Assembly: GCA_046563655.1 (NCBI GenBank) | Contig: CM102289.1 | Coordinates: 9,672,001 to 9,736,000, forward strand | Length of the DNA stretch: 64,000 nt | DNA from: Yuukianura sp. NJ FZ-2021 | Taxonomy: Eukaryota | Reading direction: 5' to 3' | Shown: piece after piece, positions 25,242-37,100 of the stretch | Layout of the letters: every line of letters starts with the position of its first letter | How positions within the stretch are numbered: position 1 is the stretch's first letter | Notes under the pieces: generated by a model | Database searches by the model: none | Told to the model about the DNA's origin: nothing | The model's input: the letters and a program-made list of their open reading frames with translations, nothing else | Made by a program: the position numbers and the translations under genes

Positions 25242-27339
25242 TTAGTGCTGTTCAACACCAATGGTGCGGATGTAAGACAAGGACTCTAGAACTTGGAACA
25301 TGTTTCGACGACCATCACCGTGCTCCTCCTTGGCGTAGATCGAAACCAAAGGATGTCCATTCCGGAGGCCACCACTAATCTAAAGTTGAACAATGTACAC
25401 AAGTAATTAGTTGACCGATTACTTACAAACTTACAATTGTCTTAGGGAGCAACCTTACCTCAAACTTTAGCTCTGCCTCTTGTTGAAATAGCTCCAAAAC
25501 TTTATTCTCCGTGCCCAAATACACCTCCAGAACTCCAAACATGTATGCATTCCAAACCTTAATAGGCAGGATCAAAACGTTGTTAAAGTCTAAAGCATTG
25601 AAAAATACGTTGAACAAACGATTTAAGACTTACCAAAGGCGGGACAAGTTCCAAAACTTTGTCGACTCGTCCAGCTTCGAAGATGCAGTCATAGGAAACA
25701 ACGTCAGTGTTACCGTAGTCAATGAACTCCACTTTGGCTTGTCTTCCTGGCAAAACCTCCACAATTCGAGCACGATAGACAAGGCCGTCCTGTGTAAACT
25801 CAGCCAAGAACACAGTTTTGTTGTAAACTCCCTTAGTGGCAGCTACATGATCCACAGAACCGATGTTCTTAGCCAAGTCAGTGACATTGAACTGAGACAG
25901 GTACATGTCCATGTAGTAGGCATGACAGTCGTCGTCACCTGATGGATACTGGATCGCAATCTTTCCGTCATTGGCGACATGCACAATGGATCCTCCAAAG
26001 TGGGCATGTGGTGGCTACAATACGCAAATCATTAACGTTAGTTTGGCTTTTAGAAAACTAGATTGTAAAACCTAACCTTCTTCAACTCCGAGGTCCAAAT
26101 TGCAATGCAACGTTTAGCCACGTCCATGTTGAACGACATGTCGCCTCTCTTTGGCTTATCGGCAGTAATGTACGGCCATACGTCCATGATGGGCATTGGG
26201 TTTGCTCCGCGACGAACTCCAACACATGTAGCTGTAGAGCGCATTCCTGGGGTGACACGGCCCTGTTCAACTGATTCCTTCAAAACACGTTCAAGCATCT
26301 TGGTTTCAGTGAAGAGCTTCAAATTATTGAGCAAACAGGGAATGATCTAAACACATAGAAAAAGTAACTAGTTAGTAACTCGGAACTTCATAACTCTTCA
26401 AACGTTTATGTTAATTTTAAATACCTGAAGTCGACTTTGAGCAAACAGCTGATGACCGTTGAAAACTTCCAACTCCCAAGTATCCAAACGCAGAACTTTG
26501 TAATCGTCAGAGTTTGGTTGCTTTCCCATGAGCACTCCTTGTACTAGCTTCCCTGGCGCTAACATGACGATGACCTCCTCGTTGACCTTGATTCCCGTGT
26601 CTCCGATCTGTTAACAAAATCAAAACAAAAGTATCAGGATTAGGTTCTCTATCTACTAGTAATTGTAAATACTAAATAAGGAACTTGACCTTACCGTTGT
26701 CCCTCCGAAATGTTCCGTATCGCCCAGAATTAGGAGACAAGTTCCGCCACCATTCGGGTCGATATGGGCTACCTTGCAAAAGAACGAATTTGCCACGACA
26801 TCGGATGTTCCCTGGCTGTCAGGTCCTGGCCCATCGTGACCACTTCCAGTTGCCTCCATTTTCTTTTCTTCAGGAGGATCGACCTTCTTCGCAACTTCTG
26901 CGGGATGGGGATTGCGGTGTTCCGTTCCGTCCACCTTGTCTACTCCAACTGGCACCACGTTCTTATGTTCCGGACGATTGTCGTTCTTCACAGCTCCGAC
27001 GGGCTCAACCTTCTTATGTTCTGAATGGTTGTCCTTCTTGACTCCGGCAGGTTCCATTTTTTTGTCTGCGGAACGATAGTCCCTCTGCACAACTTCGACC
27101 GGCTCCACCTTCTTATGTTCCGGACGGTAGTCCTTCCTCACAGCTCCGACGACCGGCTCCACTTTCTTGTCTGCTGGACGATTGTCCCTCGATACACCTA
27201 CGATGGGCTCCACCTTCTTACTATGTTCCGGACGATTGTCTCTCTTCACACCCGGCTCCACTTTCTTGTCCTCCTTTGTGGATGTACTTGGTTTTGCCGG
27301 CTTTGGAATGATTATACTTGGAGTATCCCAGTCATCCAT
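25242..27339 (-). CDS. Tudor-domain protein with N-terminal tandem repeats, ~571 aa
   Basis: Exons 27339-26695, 26607-26425, 26346-26077, 26014-25634, 25557-25459, 25379-25242 (all introns phase 0). Extended Tudor core FLAEFTQDGLVYRARIVEVLPGRQAKVEFIDYGNTDVV. An upstream degenerate Tudor-like segment. Non-coding exon ending at ~27420 (gtgagt donor). Confidence 0.82.
26870..27275 (-). repeat. Coding tandem repeat (~45-54 bp; KKVEPVGxxxxDNRPEH, ~8 units)
   Basis: Visible in translation and DNA (ccggacgattgtc/ggctccac units). Confidence 0.85.
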
Positions 27340-30300
27340 GATTGATTGATATCTCTGCAAATACAAATAGACCAATTAAGTCTTTAGATGACCAATAGAT
27401 ACTCAAATATCGAACTCACGATTACGATACGATATGACACTTCAAAATCCGAATTTCCTGTCCAGTTATAACTTCCTGTAGTCGCCGAGCTCTCAATCTC
27501 AATACAAAATGCAATGCACTGAATATCCGAGAGACCATATCAGCCTACAGCCAGTACATATATCCATTGAGATAAAATTACGGCTGAGCGAAGGCTTAAC
27601 GACAATCATTGTAGCCAAAATATGTAGCCACTTTATGGCGACAATGGTTGGCTACAATGTAAGGCAACTTATGTTGCCGCTTTGGGTTGTGTTATGATTA
27701 AAGTGGCTACAAAAGCTGCCACTCAGGTGTAGCCACTATTGCAGCCACAAAAGATTACAAGAGACGCTATACTCAGTAGGATTGAGTAGTGTTACTAGTC
27801 CTTACGTCAACCAAAATTCCTTACATTCAACGCGGTAAAATTCAAATTTGGCGTTACCATCCTTACACGCATGAAAATAAGTTTAAAACCCACGGATTCA
27901 CTAAATTAATTACTAACTTAACTAAAATAACTTTATCTAGAGTAACTAAATATCATAAGGAACCAGTTACAGCTCAAAAGGACTTTCATGTTATGCCACC
28001 TTTTAAGTTTTTTGAAAGCATAACAATTAAAATGGAATGGAAATTTTGAAAATGGTGGTTTTGTTTTTAGGTCGGTTGTGTTTTTAATTACTGCACTTCC
28101 TTCTGATTGGACTCCGTCAATAGCCTCGTGCACCTTAATTGTGTTTTGTTTCTGCACAAAGCCTGTAAAACGGTTTCTCCCGTAGTGTTTGCATAATTTG
28201 GACTCTGGCGTCGGCGTGTTAGACGCCCATTACAAAATGCCCGCGATGTAATTAGTGATAAAAGGTTCCCCTAAACAGCCTTTCTCCCTTTAACTCAAGT
28301 GTTAAATGGATTAAAGTCACAGTCTACTCCAACAGTCAAGGGAAAAAAAGAGGGAGAAAGCAGAGCGGAAGGGCTTATTTCCTATGCAAACCCATCAACT
28401 CTCAAAAAACACCGCAATTTAGGTGCGATGTTTTTAATCTCGGAATTAGGCACACCTCAAAACACAGCGGAATGGAAAAACAGCAAACTGAAACGGAAAC
28501 ACAGCAAATAGAAACGAAAAACAGCAAAGAGACACAAAGGTTTCAACAATTTTCACCGCCAGAGGTAGTTTGAAAGCGTGCTCTACATTGTACTGTCTTT
28601 TAATTAATTAATGATTAACTAATTCTTAGCTGACTTTAAATTTAGTTGTGAATTTCATAGTATTTATTAAAATTTAAACTAGCCTTGTTTTGTCCAGTTC
28701 TAGAAATTTTTGTTATAGAAAGTTCTGAAAAGTTGCTGCACGTAACTAAAAAATTAATGGTTTAGAAAAAATTTAAGCCAGGCGTGAGAATTTGGTGTAA
28801 AAGAAAAGAGATGCGTAAAAAGTTGAGAATTTTTGGAGAAAGTTTCTCTTTTTTCACTTTTTTTTTTACTCTGAATTAATGTAGTGCTAGTTTTTAGTAA
28901 AAATGACATAATAAATTTTCGTAAATTAAAGACTCGTGTTTTTTAAGCTAACACAACTTCCCAGCTTTTTGAATTTTGCCGCTTCCAAGTTTATGAGTTG
29001 AAGTTTCGTCGTACAAAGCCATTAAATATGGTTATGATCCTGGAGGGAATGGCGGATGACAGGGGAGATCTGTCCTAATGATGTAGATATGCTCATACAG
29101 ATATTGGGCCATTTAAGAACGCTGTGCTTTCACTTTCCACTTTCTCCCCTCTCCACAATACTCTTTTTTGGCGGGAAAAAATTTAATTAACAACGGCTCA
29201 AACTTTTTCTCATAGCTTTTTTTGGAGTTTGAGTCATTTAATGGTCATTTTGCAATTTTTTGGACGATTCGCAAATTAATGAAATACCACATAAAAATGA
29301 ATTACTCAAAATTATTTTCTGCTTAATTAAATTGCACTAAAAATTACAAAAAGAAAAGTAAAATATGATTTAAATTTTTTTGAACTTTGCCGCTTTTTTT
29401 ATCATTTGAGCAGAAAGTACTAAAAACAGCGGGTGGACAACACAATTATTTGCATGTGCTCCGTGCTTCTTCTAAAAAATGGGAGAAAGTAGGTAATGAA
29501 TTGAGTAATTTAGGAAATTTATGATGACTTGGCAGTACATATATTTTACTCAAGTCACCCTCCACCTCCTCCTCCCTCCACCTCCACCCTCCTCCTCCAC
29601 CTCCTCCCTCCTCCCTGTTCAAAGTCATTCCAAAAAGTCGTCTTCCGAATTTCCAATGAGGTTGGTCACATTCAAGAAAAACGAACTCAGAAGGATTTAT
29701 GGATCCAAATTATTCTCTTCACTTTCTCCAAACAGCATTTCAGCATTTCCCGCCAGCATTCAGCATTTCCAAACAACATTTCAGCATTTCCCGCCAGCAC
29801 AAATTCAATTTCAAAAAAAAGTTCATAGATCAGGAGGAAAAACAAACGCATCATGCGTGTTCTGAACCTAAGGCTCCTTATTTTGGAAAAGAAAAACAAA
29901 AAAATGTTTTTCAAGTTTTCGTTTCCGAGTTTTGGAGAAAGTTTTCCAAAAGTTTACTTTATATGGAGAGTATCAGCACCAAGATCCAGTTGCTATTTTT
30001 AAGAATGTACTGCAAGGTCCATTTGAAAAAAAACTATTTTCAAAAAAGTACATTTGAATCCGAACGAAATTCAAGAAAAAAAGGAAGCGGGAAAATTTGA
30101 AACTGAAGAAATGGCCTCCTTGGGGGAAAAACTTATTTTGCATTTATCGAGCTCCGGAAGAAAGTCAGTGAACTCCCTTGACACTCCAGAAACACATGAA
30201 TTTGAAAAGGCGTGCCATTTCGTTTTTTTTTGAAACTCGAAAACTTTCCCGCGCTGCTTTCGACTGAAGTGATAATGTGGGAAGGACCCCCCCCCCCCTT

Positions 30301-32148
30301 GAAGGGGGCCCTTTGAGCCACCCTGTGTCACACAATCCCTTGAATAAGCAATGCTAATGGAAACTGTCCCACAGTACTTCAACATCCTTTCAACTTCGAA
30401 TTACAAACAGTTGAAAATTCCCGCTCTTTTTCAAATTTCAAAAAAGCGGGAGAAAGTTACAACCTTGGAATATTTCTCAATTTCAAAGTCATGACTTGTT
30501 ATGAATAGGAAACTCAACAGTATGTTTTTTGAAAAAAAAAATTTAAAAGAAAAACAGTTTTGATTGAAACTTTTTCCCTATTTACATTTTTTCAGTGGGG
30601 ATTTGAAATCTAACTTTCTTTCATATCTGCAGCATCCAAAAAATGGAGAAAGTTGAAAAAAACGGAAAGTTAAAAAAAACATGTTTTTGGGTTTCCAAAA
30701 TTTTGGATTTGGAGATAGAGCAGTCCTGTCCAATTTGAATTTGAAATTATTGTTCCGTATGGTTTGAGCGGCAGTTTTTTTAAAAAAAGAGAAAGCGGAG
30801 GTTGAGTGCCAAGACTAAAAAGTTGTGTTTTTTGAAAAAGTGAAAGCAAAAGTGGCATTTTCCTGCATCTTGCTTGCAAAAAAAAACTCAGCTTGCAAAA
30901 AAATGGCGGGAAAGCTTTCATTTTTGGTTAGGACTGAAATTTGGTGTATAAAAATGCATGTGAGAGACATTATTAGGTTGTTGGGCAGAGAGGAAGTTGA
31001 GAGTTGCCAAAAAAAGAAGTTTGAGAAATAGGAAATGGCATGATGAGTCTCTTTCTCTTCCACCCACATGGAGTAGGTTTCATGTTAGGTTAAGGTTAGG
31101 CTATGCTTTAAGTTAGGTTTACATTAGGTTTTGGGACTCTATAGTTTGTTGACCTTGCCAAAAACGAACATTATGGATCCCATTAATCCCAGTGGATCAT
31201 TCCCTAAATCAAACTACCCGCCGCCACTACTCATCCTTTTCATTGCTCTTCTGGGACAACACAAAAAGAAAAGAATTGGCCCGCATTTTTTTAGAAAACC
31301 TAAAAAACTTAAAGTTGAACCCGCTTTTCCAACTTTTAGTCCCCAAACAGCAGTGACCAGCATGAAAATTCGAAATTGATCAAAATTTTGTCCAATCGAT
31401 GCAATTTTGAACTAATTTTAAAACGACACGTCATTTTCTAGAAAAAGTCAGAAATTCGCAGTAAATTATCGGGCGCTTAGTTTATTTGCACAGAAATTAA
31501 AACCCGCTTGAATTCAAAAATTGTGGAATTAGCTTTTTGTAAATATTGGCACGAGTTTTGAATTCATAATTTCTCTCAGAATTTCATAATTTTGAAAACG
31601 AAATTTTGAGGAGTAGTTTCTTTTAAGTTAAAACGTTTAAAGCTTTAGGCATTTTGGCTTTTAACCTTTGAAATAAATCCTATGTGTTTTTCCAATTGAG
31701 CACTATACAATTTTTTAGTGTTGGAGAGAAAGCGTATCTCTTTACAATCTTAAGAGCCAAGAAAAGTCCATCGGAAATATCATTTTTCCCTTGTTCAGTG
31801 TTCAGAGTTATGGACTATTTTTTAGCCTCTTTTTAGTCTTTCCGGATGTTGAGAGCCACGGTCTCTCGGAATGCTGCAAGGATCAGCATTGCTGCTTTCA
31901 CTTCCATCCACCCATTTCAAAAAACCCGAAAAACGGAGTCTGCGCGGGAGATTCCGATGTTTCGGGTGCCAAAGTCTGAGTTTCTGGAGAGTTTGAGTCT
32001 TGGGCGACTCTCATTCTGTTCGTTCCAGAGAAAGTAAAAGGAGCTTTTAGTCTCTGCGGCAGTTCAGAGTAAGTGGAAGGAGACAGCTCTAACTTAGACT
32101 AACCTAACCGAAACATAACCTAAAAAGAAAGTTCAACCTAACGTTCTG

Positions 32149-32154
32149 TCAGTT
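32149..32154 (+). promoter_or_regulatory. Candidate initiator (TCAGTT) for the dpr gene
   Basis: Matches the arthropod Inr consensus ~2 kb upstream of the dpr signal-peptide exon. No DPE seen, so tentative. Confidence 0.25.
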
Positions 32155-32439
32155 TCAATTCGATCATCCCGCAGCTCGCTTTCAACTTTCACCAACTTCT
32201 TTCCTCACTGCCAACCTCTGACAAAAAGTGAAAGTGAACTTTGAAATTCCCCAGGATTTCAAAATTTCCAACTTTTCAAAAAAAAATTGTTCTGCTCTGC
32301 AGTCATAAATTTCCAGTGACAATCTATAACCTATAACTCTTGATTTCCGCAGTGTCGTCGTAATTCATAATTTCAAACTTTCTTCCTTCTCTGTATTGAT
32401 TTTCGCGCGTGAAACTCAAAACTCGCGAGTTTTGAAACT

Positions 32440-32635
32440 ATCTGATCGGAAGGTTTCTGATCAAACACTGAAGGAATTTTGATCTGATCGGAGCGTTTCT
32501 GATCAAACAATGAAGGACTTTTGATCAGAAATTGTGAAATCGTCACTTCTGATCAGATCATTTCTGATCAAGCGTTGGAGGACTTTCGATCAGAAGTTGT
32601 GAAATCGTTTGTTCTGATCAGAACTTGTGAAATCA
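32440..32635. repeat. TGATCA-rich degenerate minisatellite
   Basis: About ten tctgatc(a/g)/ttgatcag cores; internal ~42-bp duplication (tctgatcgga...tttctgatcaaaca..tgaagga). Confidence 0.75.
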
Positions 32636-34140
32636 TCACGAATCTTTTGTTTTTGATTCCCACTGGTCCAGTTTGAGTTTCGAACCAGGTTAGACTGAAA
32701 AGCAGACGACACTTTCACTACTTTCACCAAAAAGACACAATTGGGAGGATTACGTGCCACTTTGTTATAACTCACAACAGACTTTCATTGTTTTTCCTCC
32801 AAAAAACAACGTTGGACTAAAACTCTCGTTCTTCCCGATTTTCAAAAACACGGAGAAATTGGGGAACTAAAAACATCAGGAATTAGGTGAAGCAGAAGAA
32901 ACTAAATGTTTACTTTGCCTCTGTTTTTAACTCCCACAAGCCACTTTGGTTTATCGGAACTTTTTAAGCCTTCACTTGTTCTCCTACTTTGACTTGATTA
33001 ACTTTCACGTCACTCTGTGTTCAAAAAGTAAAAGTTTGGCCATTTCCTTTCTATCTGGAACGCATTAGTCCACACTTCCAGTCCAAAACAAACAAAAAGT
33101 GAAGAGTTAGTGCACAAAGTGAAGAGATTAAATGGAGAAAGACGATTAAAGTGAACAAGGATTTTGGCAACAACTTTTGGCGGCACAAAAGCATTAGAAG
33201 TCACAAAACGGAGAAATGCACGAAGCAATTAAATAGACGAGAACTTGGAAATTAGTCAAAGTTGGAAAAGTCTTTCTGATTTTGAAAACACTTTTATCTT
33301 TTCTGAAATTTTGAAATTTCAAAACATCTTTTGTTTCTGGTGCGTGGGTTGTTTCAAAAATTGAATGTCATTCATAAGATCAAAAGTGAAAGTCGAAACA
33401 AAAACTCTTCTAAAATTTCTCAACCTACACGTTTTTTTGTGAAACTGTGAATGAACTAAACCACTGAACTGTCCCATTGCCATTTTGATCTCCTGCGGTT
33501 CCTTTTCGTTTGATTTCAAAATTTGAACAAAACGGAAAAACTTTCTTCTCAACTTGTTTTTTGAAGAGTTGTTTAGAACACAAACTTTTGAAACTCAAAA
33601 TTATCCGCGCACAACTCGCCCAAGTAGAAACTTCTTTCAAGTCTCAAGATTTCCCACTTTCAAAAGACTTTCTACCCAGAATGAAGAAACCACAAAAAGG
33701 AAGTTGAAACTTCAACTTAAGGTGGAAGTCCCTACTCAAAAGTGGGTTAAAACCAAGTTAAAACTAGGTTAAAACATAACCGAGTTAAAACATAAGCTAC
33801 CAAATGAACTAAAGTTTAAAAACCACAGCAGTCTGCAATTAGGTCGGCACTCAACAGCGTCGTTCTCAAGAATCCTTTGTTACAAATCCCTCGGCTTCTG
33901 CTTTCTTCTCAAAAAGTGAAAGTTTCACAAATTGAAGTGACACAAACTACAAAAAACAAGTTTTCTGATTTGACACAATTTCGAAATTTTGAAACTACTG
34001 CTTTAATAGTGTTAAAGCGGAAATTAACCCAATTGGAGCAGCAAAAACTGCCAAGAAAGCTTTTTTAGTCTTTTCGATTTTTTTTGAAAAGACTAAAAAA
34101 ATCTAGACAATAGGAAGCGGAAGAATCACGACGTGCGAAA

Positions 34141-37100
34141 ATGAGGCTCCATCATCTCGTTTTGTTGATGCTGACAGGTTAGTTTCTCTATTTTTTTGGA
34201 AATCAAAGTGAAATTGTTAGGTTAGTGGAGAAAGTACGTTTTTCGAAATCCATTTCCTACTTTTTTCTTTTTTCGTAAGATTTTGAAACGCAGGAAGGAA
34301 AAGTAGAGGATTTTATGAAGCATGTCTTCACCAAAGACTTTCTCTTTTCCTCGTAATCTTAAAACTACAACAGAAATTTCTATTTTTGAAATTTTGAAAC
34401 TACTCAATGCAGGATGTACAGAAATAACAAAATTCAACTCTTTCCTGTTTTTTTTAAAATTAAATTAAATTATCCAGTTTCCTATTTGCACAACACAAAC
34501 AGGAAATTGAATGAAAACTTATTTTTAAGTTTAAATTTTTATGAAAAATGATTCTAGGTGTGAAGCTTTGGCGATACGTCAGTTGACATATATGGATTCA
34601 AAAATTTCAAAAACTTGAAATTTTGAAAAAATGTTATTGATGGCTCTAATGCGTGGTGCGGTGTGTCAAACGTAGTAGTGAATAGAAAGCATATTGAAAG
34701 GAGGACTAATGGTCGTATCGAATAAATGTGCCGCCTTTTGTGGTGGGAGCTCATGAATATTGAACAGGGAAAGCAAACATCTTGCACTCACAACGCACTT
34801 TCACTTTTTTGTTCTTCCGCTACAACTTCACGTTCATTTTATTTCAAAAAAGGAGCCTGCTCCTACCGCATCATTTCAAAATCCGAACCGAAATTGAAAG
34901 AATGGAGAAAGATGATTTTGTGTTCTCTGCATGACTGGACTTCAAAAGAGACTAAAATAATACGTCTAACATAACGCTAGTCTAACATAATATTAGTCTA
35001 ACATATGTTTTAGTTATGACAGAAACTACACTTTACATATTCAATCAACCAAAGGGTTCCAAATTCAACTTAAACCGCCTTTTGGTTCGTATAGACTCCG
35101 GGTTGGACAATTTAAAAAAAAAGAGAAAGCTGGCAGGAGTTGCATAACTTCAAATGATTTCAAGAAACTAAAAATAACAAATTGCATTACTACCATTAAT
35201 TTATTTATTCAAATTTTTTGCAAAAGAGACGTCCTATCAGGTTAGAATTGACAATTTTTGGAGTTGAATAAGTTATTTTAAACTTATTTTTTGGAGTTTA
35301 TTTGATTAAGTTTAACTTTATTTGTTAGGTTGATAAAGTAAAATACGTAAAGTAAATTATGTCTAAAGTTGTGAAATTTGTCTTGTGTCAAAGTTAACAA
35401 AGTCTGACAACATTTGACCTTATTTTTTATTCTGGGCGTTTCCTTTCACCACTTTCTCTCTTTTCCTCTCTTTTTTTTTGGCGGGAGTTCTCCAGAGATT
35501 GTTGCTATTTGAAATTGCCAAACACGTTGCTCTGAACATATGGAGACTCAGATTCAGAGGGAACAATAACCTTCCTTCGTTGTGTTGATAGATGAAACTG
35601 ATTTCCTTTTGCCAGCACAAAGTTACTTCAAAAATCCTCCAGATTTGTCTTATATTCTTGTCTTTTGTGCACAATTCCTCCTGGAACTTTGTTTCTTTTT
35701 CCCGGGTGAAAGGAAAATATGGCTCCCAGCCCATTTCTACTTTTTCACAACCCAAATTGGCCCAATTCCAATTCCAGACCACCAAAAAGTCTAAAAGAAA
35801 ACCCGCTTTCTCTTAGGCAGACACTTTCCTCAGGTTCAAAGGGCAACTAAGAACTGTTCATGGCTACGCATCACGAAATATTCCAAGGCAAAAGCCAAAA
35901 CTAACTTTCCAGACTAAGTTTTTGTTAGGTTATGCCAAAAAACACAACTTATGAAAAAAAGCTAACTTTTTTTATTGGAGTTAAACACACAGCTACTCCT
36001 TGATTTTTTGAAGCCCTTTTTTTCATAAACTTTTCCAAATCACATTATAGCCAGAAAAAGCAAAACATGATAAATTTTTGTTGCGTTAAGTGTTTTGTTA
36101 AAAAAATGGCAATTTTTGATGAAATAACGTTGAGATGTGTTGAATTATACGAAGAGTCCTTGAAGACAGAGGGTCCCTTTCACTCTTTACTTGAAGAGAG
36201 CCCTTCAAGGGCTCTCCGGAGCTCGATGAACTAAATCTGAATTGACTTTGCTCAGAAGCTTTTTAATTGAAGTGTTTTTCTTTTAAGATGAAGCACTTTT
36301 TGAAGTCCTATTCAAAAACAGTGAATGAAGTTTTTAATACAAAACTTCAAAGTAACTTGAGTTAATCTGAATTGCAACACTTCAAAAATTTTGATTTAAA
36401 AAAAGGATTAGCGAAAGCTAAAAAGGGTTAGATTTCCGTTTCTGGGGCCATGAAACTTTTTTCTAAGTTTTTTGGTCAAAATTTTCGAAAATTTTTTTTT
36501 TCGTTTTTTTCACTTTTCATCATGTTTCAAACGTTTTTGGAACGTTTGGAGCAAAAAAAAATTTTGACCCCAAGGGTCCCCCCTTCCCATTTTTTTGAAA
36601 TTCTGGAGTCAAAAATTTTCTAAGTCCGGAACGTGAAGTGGGGACCCCTAACAATCTCAAAAATGACCCTTATGAAAGTTGTTCAGAATCATGAGTGGAG
36701 TATTTTTTGTCCTATGGACTATGACCCTACGACCACACCCTGAGGTCAGAGGTCAACCCAAAGAAAATATGGTGAAATGTTTGCGTTGACCTCTGACCTC
36801 AGGGAGTGGTCGTAGGGTTATAGTCCATAGGAGAAGAAATACTCCCCTCAAGATTCTGAACAACTTTCGTAAGGGTCATTTTTGAGGTTGTCAGGGGTGA
36901 CCACATCAGTTTTTGTACTTTGAAAATTTTCGAGTCCCGATTCTCAAAAAAATGGGAAGGGGGGACCCTTTGGGTCAAAAAATTTTTTTTGCTCCAAACG
37001 TTCCAAAAACTTTTGAAACATGATAAAACGTGGAAAAAACGAAAAAAAAATTTTTCGAAAATTTTGACCAAAAAACTTAGAAAAAGTTTCATGGCCCCAG

